A DNA stretch of 64,000 nt from Utricularia gibba (GCA_002189035.1 NEEC01000004.1:744001-808000), one strand, 5' to 3'; shown: positions 23,627-36,025, counted from the first letter of the stretch. The notes: generated by a model not told the origin, from the sequence alone. A program made the numbers and translations.

Positions 23627-24262
23627 TCAGGATGACAACTGGGCTAAGCCATTACGAGCCTCCGGCATGGTGGGCAGGATGTTCAGAGCCTTCTCGTAAG
23701 CGGCTTTAGCTTGTTCATTCGACCCTTTGAGTTGATAGCACTGACCCAGTAAGCAGAAGGCCCGGGCGTTATCTGGGCTCAGGCGCGCCGCCTCGAGGAG
23801 GTCTGTGACCGCCATGTCAACGCGCCGCCGTCGATTCAGATCCAAGTGCAACTCTCCCCTTTTGACGAGGGCGTCGGCCTTTTCACCATCGGAGAGCATC
23901 TTCACCGCCGGGGGAGAAAGCGCGGAGTCCAGTGACTTGAGGGCGGAGGTTTTGCGGCCCATGGCACACAAGGCCATGGCTTTGAGAATATGCGACGCGG
24001 CGTCTCTGGGCTCCAGCGCCAGCGCTTTGTCGGCTTCATCGACGGCGGATTTGGCTAGGTTTTGGGCTGTCGATTTGTTTCCAGCTGATCGGGCTCTAGC
24101 GAGGAACTGCGCCCCCTGTATGAAGTGGCGATTAGCCTGATTGTTTTGGCGGGCCTTCGATCGGAGTTTGGAGAGAGCGCGCTTGGGAAATCTGAAAAGA
24201 ACGAAGAAACTGGCGACCGTAAAGATCAGAATCCCAAATTGCACTACTATCTCCGTCCCCAT
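23627..24262 (-). CDS. Intronless TPR-repeat protein with N-terminal transmembrane anchor
   Basis: 211 aa ORF: hydrophobic IVVQFGILIFTVASFFVLF followed by TPR-like helices (ADKALALEPRDAASHILKAMAL; AARLSPDNARAFCLLGQCYQLKG..AKAAYEKALNILP). Confidence 0.85.
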   Translation of the reverse strand: MGTEIVVQFGILIFTVASFFVLFRFPKRALSKLRSKARQNNQANRHFIQGAQFLARARSAGNKSTAQNLAKSAVDEADKALALEPRDAASHILKAMALCAMGRKTSALKSLDSALSPPAVKMLSDGEKADALVKRGELHLDLNRRRRVDMAVTDLLEAARLSPDNARAFCLLGQCYQLKGSNEQAKAAYEKALNILPTMPEARNGLAQLSS

Positions 24263-24567
24263 TCGCCGGCAAAATTGGATCCAACGGCAAACCCGCGACG
24301 CCCCCAGAACGAAACCAGCTTGCCCTTTACTGCTTTGCCGAAAGATTTAAATAAAAATCCTGTCTTTATTTCAAGCTCCGACCCCAAATTCCGTCTTCTT
24401 CATTTTCCAGGTTAACAGTAACGAAGTATATCTCAGTGTTAATATACTCCTCAAAGTTTGCATCTTTGCGTAACCAATTGCAAAAGACAGCGCCTTTTTC
24501 ATTTATTGATCGATGAAGCCTGGTGCAGTAGAGATACTGCACAATATGTTCCATAAAATTGCATGCA

Positions 24568-25967
24568 TCAGTCCGTCTCATCCCTGATGGAATTCCCAAC
24601 ATCGATTACGAACCGGTACTTGACGTCATTTTTCTCCAAGCGTGCCATGGCTGTGTTGACATAGTCCATCGGAATCACTTCGACCTCTGGTAGTACGTTG
24701 TGCTGTACTGCAAATTCCAGCATTTCTTGCGTCTCCCTGATCCCTCCAGTTGCAGTTCCAACTATTGATTTTCCGCCTTCATTTTGAAAGGTAGATAGAA
24801 GCGTTGATGATGACAGTAGGTAGAATAAAAAATGGAGAGTCTTGACATGTACCTAGAACCAAGGGGAAAATGGGAACCTCGAGCTTTTGAGGAAGACCAA
24901 CCAGGATTAGATACCCATGGGGTTTCAGCAGATTCACCAAGGGAAGAAGGGAATGCTCCCCTGATACAGTATCAATCACCCCATCCAGTGTCCCTGCAGC
25001 AGCCTATATACAACACAAGAATATCCGAAATCTTATAGCTGTGTCGTTGTTGTGAGATGGAGATCTTCATATTTCACCTGGAAGGAACAGTGGGTACCTG
25101 CATCTGGTCTTGGTCATCGCTGAGCAGGAAGTCATCTGCACCAAAGATTTCCATGGCTTCCTTCTTCTTAGCAGGGGATCTACTGATGACTGTGACTCTA
25201 GTTCCCATTGCCTTAGCGAACTTGACAGTCAAATGGCCAATCCCACCAAGACCAACGACTCCGACACTCGAACCAGGCTTATCGAGGCGAAAGCGTCTCA
25301 GGGGGCTGTACGTGGTGATCCCAGCACAAAGAAGAGGAGCACCAGCATCTAGAGCCAAGCCTTCAGGCCAGCGAATAACAAAGTCTTGATGGCAAACCAT
25401 GAGGTTGGAAAATCCACCGTGAGTGATGGTTCCATCAAAGTCATAAGCATTGTTTGAGATCACTCGCTGTGGACAGTAAATTTCTTCACCCTTTCTACAC
25501 TCTTCGCACTGGTGACATGATCCAACTATGGAACCCACGCCTACATAATCCCCAGTTTTGAATTTCTCCACATTCGCTCCCACCTCAGTCACTTTCCCCA
25601 CAATCTCATGCCTACTCAAACCCCCGTGTGTTAGTTTGTACAAGTCATGAATGGCTCAATCAGGAAGAGAGGCAGAAGGGTTACCCAGGAATGACGGGGT
25701 AAACTGTAGCACCCCATTCGTTCTTCGTCAGGTGGAGATCCGAATGGCATATACCACAATACAAAACCTTGAACTGCACATCATGCTCTCCAGTCGCTCT
25801 GCAGTGGAAAATCAGTGAAGGAAAAGCGGTAAGACTGAAAAGAAATCGCATTTATTAGTACAACACCTTCGTGAAAACTTGAATGGAGAAAAAACACCAG
25901 AACTGTCGTGAGCTGCCCACGCGAGGGCCGTCACAGTATGTTGTGTACTCGGAGACGCCGCCATCAT
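24568..25967 (-). CDS. CAD: Cinnamyl alcohol dehydrogenase-family Zn-dependent ADH (CAD6/7/8, ELI3/mannitol dehydrogenase-like), 5 exons
   Basis: [25 protein letters not shown]; [17 protein letters not shown]; PGHEIVGKV; GDYVGVG; [15 protein letters not shown]; [10 protein letters not shown]; ends [17 protein letters not shown]. Confidence 0.95.
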
Positions 25968-26346
25968 CAGGATAAGAGACCAGATGCACTGACGATAACC
26001 CTATTGTTCAGCATCCCTTGAATATAGAATAAAGGATTGCTTTCCTGTTGCCACATAGTGGACCCATAGAATAATCCCACAACGAGTGTTCCAAGTGCTT
26101 GCCCCAAAATGGAGACAGTTCCATGTGAAGTTAATGAAAAACATAACATTTTTACTAAAGAATATGCATTGTGAGTGGTCATTTTCTTTCTACAACAACA
26201 ATTGAAGTATGTGCTTGCCAAAAATGCTTTAGCATGGCCCGTACTTGCAAAGAATCAACTTTCACTCTTTTTTCTCTCTGTAGTCCCAAGAATGTTGGGT
26301 AAACAGCGGGAGATAGATTTTGAAAGAATGAGGGGACCAGGAGGAA

Positions 26347-27998
26347 TCAGGTGGATGATGGTCCTTCAGAAGGATGTTGTCTGAAGTACAATTTCCCTGA
26401 TTCGCTTCTGTTGAAGAGCTTCTCAACCAGCTCATCCCAGTTCGTATTAGCATCTTTAGAAGGGTGATCTCCTGCTTGCACCGTTATCTCTGAACTTTCA
26501 CCTCTTTTGTCTCCTGATTCATCATCAGGTTCTTCTGCAATGTTTTCAGCATTGGGTATTTTCAAGCTGAGAGCCCTAACCACTGCATCCTTGTGTTCTT
26601 TCTCTAAACTCTGTATCCTGTCAAACTTCTGCTGTGGTGGTGGCGGCGCCGTCATTGTCTCCACCTCCGCCTTCATCGCCTGCAGTTACACCAAGAGGAA
26701 GATAGATTAGTTAATACGCAGCAGCTGCACGTTGGGGTATGGTCAGTTGAGTTGAGTTCATATTCTTACTAGCATGGCGATTCTTGTCTGTCGTTCGATC
26801 CAAATGATCGAATGGTCAGAGATGGCGTTGTGGGACAAGACGATATGCTCAAATCTTCCTTCCACAGGAATGGCTGTTCTCACCTCCGGAGGAAACCTTC
26901 CACAACTGCCAGGAATGGATCAAGCTTTTGAAATTGTCTGTTTAGCTCAGTAACATGTGCGGATACCTGCAGAATTTCCTGTCAACAATGTGATACATTC
27001 GACCAGGTGCATACAGTCTTCTTGGATCTCTTAGCTTTCTCCCTTCTGGTATGAAGGTGTCTCTCAAGCACACACAGAATAATAAACAGGGCAAGCTGTT
27101 GACAGAGACAATGCCTGGTTTTAATACTTGAGTGAAGAAAGCAGCGACACTGATTTTGACTACGGCACTAACCAGAACACAGATTTGAAAATGTCCTCCA
27201 ATGGAGTAGATGTTCTGGGTAAGAAATCATCCTGAGACACCTCAAAAAGAATCAGATTCTGTCATCAGTTTAAAACCTTGGAAAGATGGAAGACAACTTG
27301 ACCTGCAGCACAACAGAGAAGACGATATCGGCATACTTGACAGCCAAATTGAGAGACATACACCTAGCCGGAGCTAGAGCATAGCCCCTCAACAAGCTCC
27401 TCGGAATGCGGAGTTTATCCCGATCATTCGCAGCCATGACCGCCATCAAAGCCGCAACTCCAGAACCCAGAGAATGACCTGCAAACACCATTTTGTATCC
27501 CCTCCCATTTTCCTCCCACAGCCTTCTCAATGTTTCTGATTCCTCATTCAACACCCAAAGAGCCGATTTGAGGAGACCACAGTGCACGTACCCCCCGTCA
27601 AACATCTGCCTACCCAGCCGATTATCAAGCAGCACCTTGTAATCACTTTCCTTGACTAAATTCAACCCACGCATCGCAAGGACTATCTCGCGATTGTCGT
27701 GATCGAGGTAAATTAAGTAAGGTGGAGCATTACCCTGGGTTTGCTGATAGCTTACGCGCTTGATCACACAGTCGGAATTGAGCCCGTAGCCGCCTTCAGG
27801 GGCGTATTTGGGGGATTCCAGGTCTCGTTCGTAGACGGCCAAGACTGTGCGGCAGGCACGGGAAATGGGTTCGAATTCTTCATCCGTCGCGATCGGCCAG
27901 GTGGCGCTATCGTAGCCGCCGATGTAGGTGCAGCGTTTCCAGCCCCAGCGCAAGCAACCCAGAGCCACCATCCATTCCAACCCACAACAGACCGACAT
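26347..27998 (-). CDS. Class-3 lipase family alpha/beta hydrolase (At5g37710/At3g49050-like), 5 exons
   Basis: MSVCCGLEWMVALGCLRWGWKRCTY; GHSLGSG nucleophile motif; exons DDFLPRTSTPLEDIFKS, RLYAPGRMYHIVDRK, GRFPPEVRTAIPVEGRFEHIVLS. ORF 26347-26676 (NWDELVEKLFNRSESG) is the last exon. Confidence 0.9.
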
Positions 27999-30900
27999 CT
28001 CGACGGAATCTGGATTCCACAGCTGTGCAGTACAGATATCTTGCTTGGTGCTTTCGAGCGGACAAGAATCACTCGCTGTAAAGTAAAGACGACGACTTCC
28101 AGGTTATGAAATCAAATTCGGAAAGCAGAAAAAACGATTCTTTGTGCGATGACTGCCGTTGGATGGCCGGAAGAAGAGAAGAATCCGCGCAGCGCAGGCA
28201 ATCTCACCGACTCCGACGCGATGACTGCCGTTAGTAACAGCAACTACTTTTTTCGTTTCATTATTTTAGAAGGTGTACAGACAAATTTAACGAATCCTTT
28301 GAATAATCAGAAAATATATTTCAAATTTAAGAATTTGACGTCAAATACAATGTGCATACATATCATTCAAGAGAAGAGTCCATTTTGATGCATGGAATTC
28401 ATTACCGAGTCCAAGTCAAAGAAATAATTAAAATAATATAATCTATATTGTAAATATAATTGAAATTACATTTGTAATTTCATTATTACATATATTATTA
28501 TATTAATATCGACGTACCTAAATCTCGAATTCTTGATGTTTCTTGGATCCGAGGTTCTATGTATGTGTGGTGCTTTCACTTTATGGTCTTCTCATAATCA
28601 ATGTTTAGGCACCGGAGTCGTCAACAAGTAGAGGGGTCCAAATTTTCACATGCATTTACCAAATCACTAGCGGGGCCCGTCTCTCCCCCATTTTTAGCTC
28701 CCGGTTAATTGCGCAATTAAGCCAATCAACTTGGGTTTATGTTGGATGAATTACGAAACTCACCATGCTTAATGGTAATACTACATTTAATTTTTTTGAC
28801 TGAGTGTGCCAGAGATAAAGAGTGTTCACTTTTCTAAATGATTAGTTTATGTATGTAATACTTTATAAAAATGCTTCAAACTTCTATTTTGAAACTGGTA
28901 AAGACTTATAAGTTTTATTAATTTTAAAATTATTTCTTATGTAGTCTTTTATGAGATGTAATTTTATTTGAAATTATATATTTTTTTAAAAAAATGTAAT
29001 CGTATATTTACAAAAGTAATCACTTTCAAAACATTTTATATCCTATTTTCGGTTTATCGATCGAATATATTCTTTAAATATTTTTTATTATATATCTATC
29101 TATTTTCCATATAATATTCTTATTAAAATATTCCTCGATATATCAATTTCTCCTAAACAAATACATCGATAGAGACTCAATTTATATGTTATTAAAATTA
29201 ATTTTCGATTTTTTTAAAAAAAGAAACTTATATCTACGTCAATCTCCACAACTGACTAAGAAAGAGTAACGGATTTGGTAGTTGGGCTAAAAGCGCCCAT
29301 TGGGGCAATTAAAATCGTTAAAGATCATATGGGCCTGATGAGGCCCACCCCAATCAATTGATCGCATGCATGATCCATCAGGCCCAGACCCCCGGCCTAC
29401 AAGGGAAGTGACGTCATCATTGCTTGTCTCTGTAATGTACCCGAACAGAAGCACCTAGAATGGAATTAAGAAAATGCCAAGTGTACAGTCGGTCCGGCCC
29501 ACCATTGGAAAATGCCCTAAATCATATTTCCGTTTTTTTAGTAAATTCTGTCTAAAAATACATATTTTAGATTTAAATAAAGATAAAGGATGTGATAATT
29601 GTATTTAAATACGATATTTGAATTTAATTAAATCCTAAAAAAGTATGTGTGTTTCCACGTGTAGGGTGATGGTGGAGTTGGGAGTAATTGCCCATAAAAG
29701 CAAGCAAGCACGCACACTTCACAATTCCACTAACTTGTACCTGCTGTCGTGTCTAAATATCTTTTTATTTGGAAATTAGCACCCCCGGATGCTTACATCA
29801 TGCTTACACCATCATTGTGTCACGCTCACCACCAACCAACCCTTCCCTCGATCCCGACCCATTAAACATTGGAGTATCCCACCTTGTAAAAGAAAGGATA
29901 GATTTAAAATTGTAATTTTTCTTTTTTTTTCCATCAAATAAATTAATATTAAATATCAATTTTCGTATGATAAAGATGACTATTTTTATAACTAACTTTA
30001 TAATATAAAAAGGGATATTAAAAAATGAATATCAATTTTCGTGTGAATAATAGTAAGTTTTCAAACTAATTAATTCAAAAATATAAATTACTGAAATTCC
30101 TAATATTATTCATTTCAGATTAATTCATTTCAAAATCAATTCTTTTACGAAACACGATTGATTTCTATTTTAAAAAATTTAAAAACATTTATCTTCATTA
30201 AAAGATAATAAAGATTCAAAAAATTCGATTTTAATAAAAGTTGTGACATTTGGTATCATAGACAAAATTGGACGGAACACCCTTTTGTGTTGTGAAGTGC
30301 TAACACGCATTCCCTAATAGTGAGCATATGATAAATGGGTTTGTATACCTTCTTATTTTCTATATTTAATATAATCATGGTTGATTAAGGATGTTAATAT
30401 AGAATTGGGGGCGCCACCCCCCCCCCTAGCAAGAGTGCCCCCGCACTAACCCCCTAGACTAGACTCATAGGTGATGACCCTCGCCCCCATTGATTTTTAT
30501 CCAGACGACAAATGGGTCCTTATGTTATTTTTTCGCATAAATTATTCATTATATACTCCTGACGTGACCAGGGAGATGGCACAAGCCTCAAAAGTCATAC
30601 CAGATATTATTTTAATATTCTATTTATTTATTTCTTAAATATCCTTCCCAATAGAATCAATGGATATGATCCCAACCTGTTACATAAGTGACATAATCTA
30701 AAGTTAAAAAGGATTATATTTATTGATTATTGAAGAATGTACAATTTAATAACTAGTAAAAAATATAAAAAAACAGTTCAGCTGCAGTGCGGTCTTTTAT
30801 TTTTATTTTCTTCAAATTTTTTAATTATTTGAGAGGGTTGGCGTGTCCTAGTTATTTCGTAGGCTTTAATTCTTAGCGGGGATGTGAGCTGTTTTGTAAT

Positions 30901-31327
30901 GTCTGAATGGGTTGCTTTAAACTAAGGGATTCGGACCCCCGGAAAACTAAGCTTCACCAACTAGGAAACTGACCCTTTGAATCTCGCTAGTCATCGCTCT
31001 CCACTATTATTTTTAATGTCATTCTTTTTTAATTATAATTTTTAAAACTATACTTTAATTATCCAAAAAAAGAATGTCGTGTTTTGACGGTTTTGCCCCT
31101 ATAGGGCAAATGTGTGTGGTGTGTGGCGGTGTCTGATGCGCCACCCCTCCGGTGGGCACGATAAATTTGTGTATTAAATAATTATATGAATATTTCATGT
31201 ATAAAAAAAAGGTTTTCCATTTTTTTGAGCGAATTTCGATGCTTCTGGTTGCGGATCATTGGTGGGGTGTTGGAAGGCTTTGGATTAGTATAAAAGGGGG
31301 GAAGGGGAGTTGTTGGTGGTGGGTAAG

Positions 31328-32167
31328 ATGGGAAGACAGCCTTGCTGCGAGAAGGTTGGTCTCAAGAGAGGGCCCTGGACTGTGGAGGAAGACAAGAAGC
31401 TCATCAGCTTCATTCTGAACAACGGCCAGTGCTGCTGGAGAACTGTTCCTAAGCTCGCAGGTTCGTTCTTTCGTTGTTTTTTGTACTTGTTTGTGTGTTC
31501 TTGCTGATGACTGGAGAAAAGGGTGTCACTGCAGGGCTGTTGAGGTGTGGGAAGAGCTGCAGACTGCGATGGACAAATTACCTGAGACCTGATGTGAAAA
31601 GGGGGCTTCTGTCTGAGCATGAGGAAAAGCTCGTCATTGACCTCCACGCCCAACTCGGAAACAGGTGAGCGTCTGAATGCAGATTAGTAGTAACTCACTC
31701 CATTGAGTTGGGAGTTCAATGTGTTTTCTGGTTGCAGGTGGTCCAAGATCGCCTCGCATCTACCTGGTAGAACCGACAACGAGATCAAGAATCACTGGAA
31801 CACTCACATCAAGAAGAAGCTGAAAAGAATGGGCATCGACCCTCTCACGCACCAGCCTCTTCCCCTGCCGGCCACGGAGGCGCAGCCACAAGGACCCGAA
31901 GAGACGCTTCTTCCGGGGAAACACGATAATGAGAAACAAGTGCTGGTGGACACCGATTTCGGCATCGACGAAATCCCCGTGATGGATGATCCCTGGGAGA
32001 TTTTTCTGCCAGCCGACGGCAATTCATCGTCCACTCCGTCGTCCTCATCATGCTCATCGACCAACATTCTCGACGAGCTCGGATTTCCGCCGTATCCAGT
32101 GGATGACGGCGACATGTGGGTGACCGACTTATGGTCTGAAGAAGTGTTTAGGTTTGAATTCCCATGA
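31328..32167 (+). CDS. R2R3-MYB transcription factor, MYB20/43/42/85 (ODORANT1-like) clade, 3 exons
   Basis: [109 protein letters not shown]. Confidence 0.95.
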
Positions 32168-33324
32168 GAACAGATTAAAAAAAGAAAAACTTGACAGAAA
32201 AATTGTAAAGAAAGAAATCGAGGAGAACTCTGGAGTCTGGACTCCGAGTTCTCCTCTTTTCCAATAGTTTTACGCCACGTGGATTGATGGATCCTGTGTG
32301 CACTCACCCACTGTTGTTCCCTTGCAATCAACTCTTCCTCTCCCACGCACCAACCGCGACAACGCTAATGGTTAACAATGTTCTACAAATAATTATATTA
32401 TCATTTTTATTTTAAAAAACTTATTATCTTTAAAATACTTCAAAATCTTATTTTCCATTTTTCCAAAATCAATTATCAAAAAATACTTTATTAAAAACCC
32501 TACAAAATACCCTCATCCACAGAGCATCTTACAGACACAAGACACTAATTCAACCTCATCATGGCGTCCACCAACCCACTCACGTGGTCCCCACGTGGCA
32601 AATGGGCCCACCGCATTCCACACATCAATAACAACACCCCTCGCCAGGCCCAACAACCAAGTCCAGCGACGGGTCTTCAGTTGAGGGTTCACAGAGCCTG
32701 CAGCCTTCCTTAATGAGCCCCCAAAGACTCTGGGCGAGCCGGGCCCAAAATTCTCAGATTCCGGATATGAGAATAATTTTGTACAAAATAAGGTGAAAAT
32801 ACTTGATTTTTTTAAAAAAAATGAAAACATGTACGTTATTTAATTCCAAGACTATTATATTTGTTACCATATACCATATTGATTATAGATGAAAAAGAGC
32901 ACGTGTTTAAATAAAAAATATTAATAATCTTGTATGATATTTTTTAATAATAAAAGAATATAGAATAATAGAGATATTTGAAGCGAACAATATCGTAAAA
33001 TAAAGTATTTCATTTGGTATCAAATTAAATATCGATATATTTAATATTGGTGGAGAGCATAATATCATGGAATAAACATTGATGGATGGTGTAAGATAAT
33101 GACGACATAATTTGCAGTAAAATGGAAAGCGGCCAGAGAGCCAATAATTAATTAATCACACATAAATTGGCATTAAATGCGGTGTGGGTTTCCTTTCGGT
33201 CTCTCTCTCTCTATCTCTATTTTTTGATTATTTTTAATTTAATGATAAATGGAAATTAAAGAGATATTTCATAATGTACACTTTAGTGCCTGAAAAGCTG
33301 GTTTAGCGACAAGGCGAATTAATC

Positions 33325-34644
33325 TCACGTGGTACAGTTGGTCCTGCCCAAACCTACCCTGCGATTAATCAGATCGAACTCAACCCAGAGGTTTTGCTGG
33401 TGGAAGTTTCCGATGATGTTGCTCGCCACGCCCAGGGATTCCGACCGCCCGATGGCGAGGCAATGCACGCCGCCGCCGACGTGGTCGAGGTTGCGCTCCT
33501 TGTCGATCACGATCTCCACTCCGTTTTCGAGTTGGAAAGCGATTTGCCCGATCATTCTCCCGATCTCGAAGGGGTTGCCGTCGAAGCACATGTCCATTGC
33601 GCCGGCGAAAACGTAGTCCTTCTTCAGTTTCCACCCCGCCAGCCTCATGACTTGCTCGCGGACCTTGGAGTAGGCGGCGTCCACGAGAAAGGTGTACTGT
33701 GTGCCGGAGTCAATGATCGTCTGCCCAGATCCGCCGGCGTTTGGACGGAAAACGGATTGTGGGATGTTGAGCTTTGCTCTACCGAATCGGATGCCGGTTA
33801 GGGCGATGGTGTAGGCGAGGGGATCCAGATTGGGCATTCGCTGGCTCTCCGGGAAGGTTAATAGCTTGACGTACCGGAAACTTCGAGAGTAGGGATTCGG
33901 GCCGAGGTAAAATGTGCCGTTGGCGCTGCTCTGCCCTCGCGATTTCACTGGCACGCAGTAAGAAAACCTGGGTACCCTAGCTTGAGAAGCGAACGATAAC
34001 CGGCCAATGTTCATTCCCAGAATGCCCTCCGCCTCGCCGGAATCGGTGGCGCACCCGAGGATCAGGGGAGGGGTAACTCTGGAAGGGGAAAATGTGATCT
34101 TCTCCTTGACCAGATTTCCCTCAGCCAGAGTTCCATCGGCGTAGAAGTAGGAATAATGGCAGAGGCGGTTCTGGTCGCAGGTGGTGGGGAGTGTGAAATC
34201 CGGAATTCTGGGCTTACAGACGGGGTGCGTGCACGGCAGAACGGAGAAAGACGAGGACAGAGACGGGATAAACGCCGACGCCGGCGGCAGCCTCTGCATC
34301 GTCCTGCCATGGCACTGAATCCACGACAGCTGACTCCCGGTATCCAGTACCATTCTCTGCGTCTGCGGCGGGGTCCCGATGGGCAGCGACACAACCAGAG
34401 CCATGGAGTACCTGAAAGAGTTATGGTAATTGTAGTAGAAAGGCGGCCGCGAAGCCGCCGCATCCGGCGTTTTAGCAACCGCAGCAAGCGAAGAAGAAAA
34501 CAGTTGGGACTTGGCGCACAAAGAAGCTGTGGTAAGATTGAATGAGATCGGGAACGGAAAGCGGTGGCGGTCGGGTTTCTGAACAGAGAGGCGCAAGATA
34601 AGAAAAAGCACAAGGAAGAAGAGAGGCTTGTGGAGGGCAGCCAT
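33325..34644 (-). CDS. Intronless A1 aspartic proteinase (PCS1-like; At1g66180/At5g37540 type)
   Basis: 439 aa ORF with signal peptide and both catalytic motifs (VLDTGSQLSW; IIDSGTQYT); SNIIGNFHQQNLWVEFDL. Confidence 0.95.
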   Translation of the reverse strand: MAALHKPLFFLVLFLILRLSVQKPDRHRFPFPISFNLTTASLCAKSQLFSSSLAAVAKTPDAAASRPPFYYNYHNSFRYSMALVVSLPIGTPPQTQRMVLDTGSQLSWIQCHGRTMQRLPPASAFIPSLSSSFSVLPCTHPVCKPRIPDFTLPTTCDQNRLCHYSYFYADGTLAEGNLVKEKITFSPSRVTPPLILGCATDSGEAEGILGMNIGRLSFASQARVPRFSYCVPVKSRGQSSANGTFYLGPNPYSRSFRYVKLLTFPESQRMPNLDPLAYTIALTGIRFGRAKLNIPQSVFRPNAGGSGQTIIDSGTQYTFLVDAAYSKVREQVMRLAGWKLKKDYVFAGAMDMCFDGNPFEIGRMIGQIAFQLENGVEIVIDKERNLDHVGGGVHCLAIGRSESLGVASNIIGNFHQQNLWVEFDLINRRVGLGRTNCTT

Positions 34645-35455
34645 GGATGAAGAAGAAGAGGAGGAGAGTGAGCTGGGAAGTGGATGAATCAGTCAGTCCA
34701 TATATAGTAATAGCAGCACTCATAGCAGCTTAGCTGTGGACTACACCCGGAAACAAGAAGAAGAAAGTGGTCCCCACCGAAGTCTCGCGCTGACGCGTTT
34801 TCCCAGTTTCATTTCCTAGCCCTTAGCGGTGGTGGATATTGTTCTGTTGGCACAACTTTAAAAATGCAGTTATAGAGCTTTGAAAATTTTTTCAAAATTA
34901 TTATTATTATTATTTTATTCTTCCACAATAAAAATAATATTATTAGCAGTTTCACATTAAATTCCTTTGTCTAAAAATAATATCTTTTATCATATTTAAA
35001 AGAATATAGTAAATGTTGAAAAATATTTGACATTATGATAATATTAAAAAAAAAGAAAAATAAATTAAACACGAGCGTTCCCCATAAACAAATACTAAAA
35101 AAAACTTTTGATACCGGATGTCGGAAGCGGGTAGGGTCTTGAACTTCGGGTCGTCATCATATTGGGCCTGGGCTGGCGTGGGGAAATGGAATGGATTTAG
35201 AACAGCTAGGGCCCAATAATGAGATGGGCCAAGGCCCAAGGGTGTTGTCTTCGGTGTTCTCATCTGATTGTCGGAGAGGAAGAGGCGACGGGGACGAGAG
35301 GATCGCGTCTGGTGGTGTTGTGAAAGCTTGAGAAGTGCTGCTGGGAAACCTTTGAACATTGCCGAAGTGAAGCAAGACAAACTTTGAACAGAAAAACAGA
35401 GGAGGAGAGCATCCACGACGTCTCTTGTTCAGTAAAAATTCGATCTTTTTTTTTC

Positions 35456-36025
35456 CTAAACGAAGCCTTTGAGGTACTCAGGATCACGCTTAGCCCTTTC
35501 CTGAAACTTCTTGAACCACCTATCCATGATGTCCATTGGCACCACAAGCTTCGATCCATCAACCCCACAAAACGATTGCATAAAGTTGAACAAGTTTTCC
35601 CCAACTTTCATCGCCAATCGCTCAATCTTCCTCTCAGCAGTCACATCGAGCGAGGGCAGGGCTGCTAAATCCTCAACCGAGACACCAATTTTCGCGGACA
35701 AATTGGGATCACCGGTCGCCGGAAGCTGAGGCACTCCTCCCGTCCCGGGCTCCGTCCAAGGGAGAGAAAGAACTGCGGAAGGACGGGAAAGAGTAACGGC
35801 CCCGCAGAAGATGAAAGGGGCTCCAGGGGATTGGATGTAGAGAGCGAGAGCTTTATCGGGCGGGAGAGTGAAGCTGTTGAGGAGAAAAATGCAGATTTCG
35901 CGGATGGAATCGTATGATTCCCCGACGAAGTGGTTCATGTCGAGGAGCCAGTGGGTTCCATCCACTTGGGCGAAAGTTGAGATGTCCAATGGAAAGCTTC
36001 GATTGGGGAATACGACGCCGAACAT
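35456..36025 (-). CDS. OPI10/Hikeshi-like protein (DUF775), intronless
   Basis: Likely start MFGVVFPNRSFPLDISTFAQVD at 36025; PDKALALYIQSPG; KIGVSVEDL; KVGENLFNFMQSFCGVDGSKLVVPMDIMDRWFKKFQERAKRDPEYL. Confidence 0.92.
   Translation of the reverse strand: MFGVVFPNRSFPLDISTFAQVDGTHWLLDMNHFVGESYDSIREICIFLLNSFTLPPDKALALYIQSPGAPFIFCGAVTLSRPSAVLSLPWTEPGTGGVPQLPATGDPNLSAKIGVSVEDLAALPSLDVTAERKIERLAMKVGENLFNFMQSFCGVDGSKLVVPMDIMDRWFKKFQERAKRDPEYLKGFV

Noticed and set aside
28705-28720. Perfect 16-bp palindrome TTAATTGCGCAATTAA
   Set aside because: About one such palindrome is expected by chance in 64 kb; no supporting context.
33329-34613. Long overlapping ORFs on both strands within the aspartic protease and TPR genes
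   Set aside because: Shadow ORFs caused by high GC3 in intronless genes; no recognisable domains.
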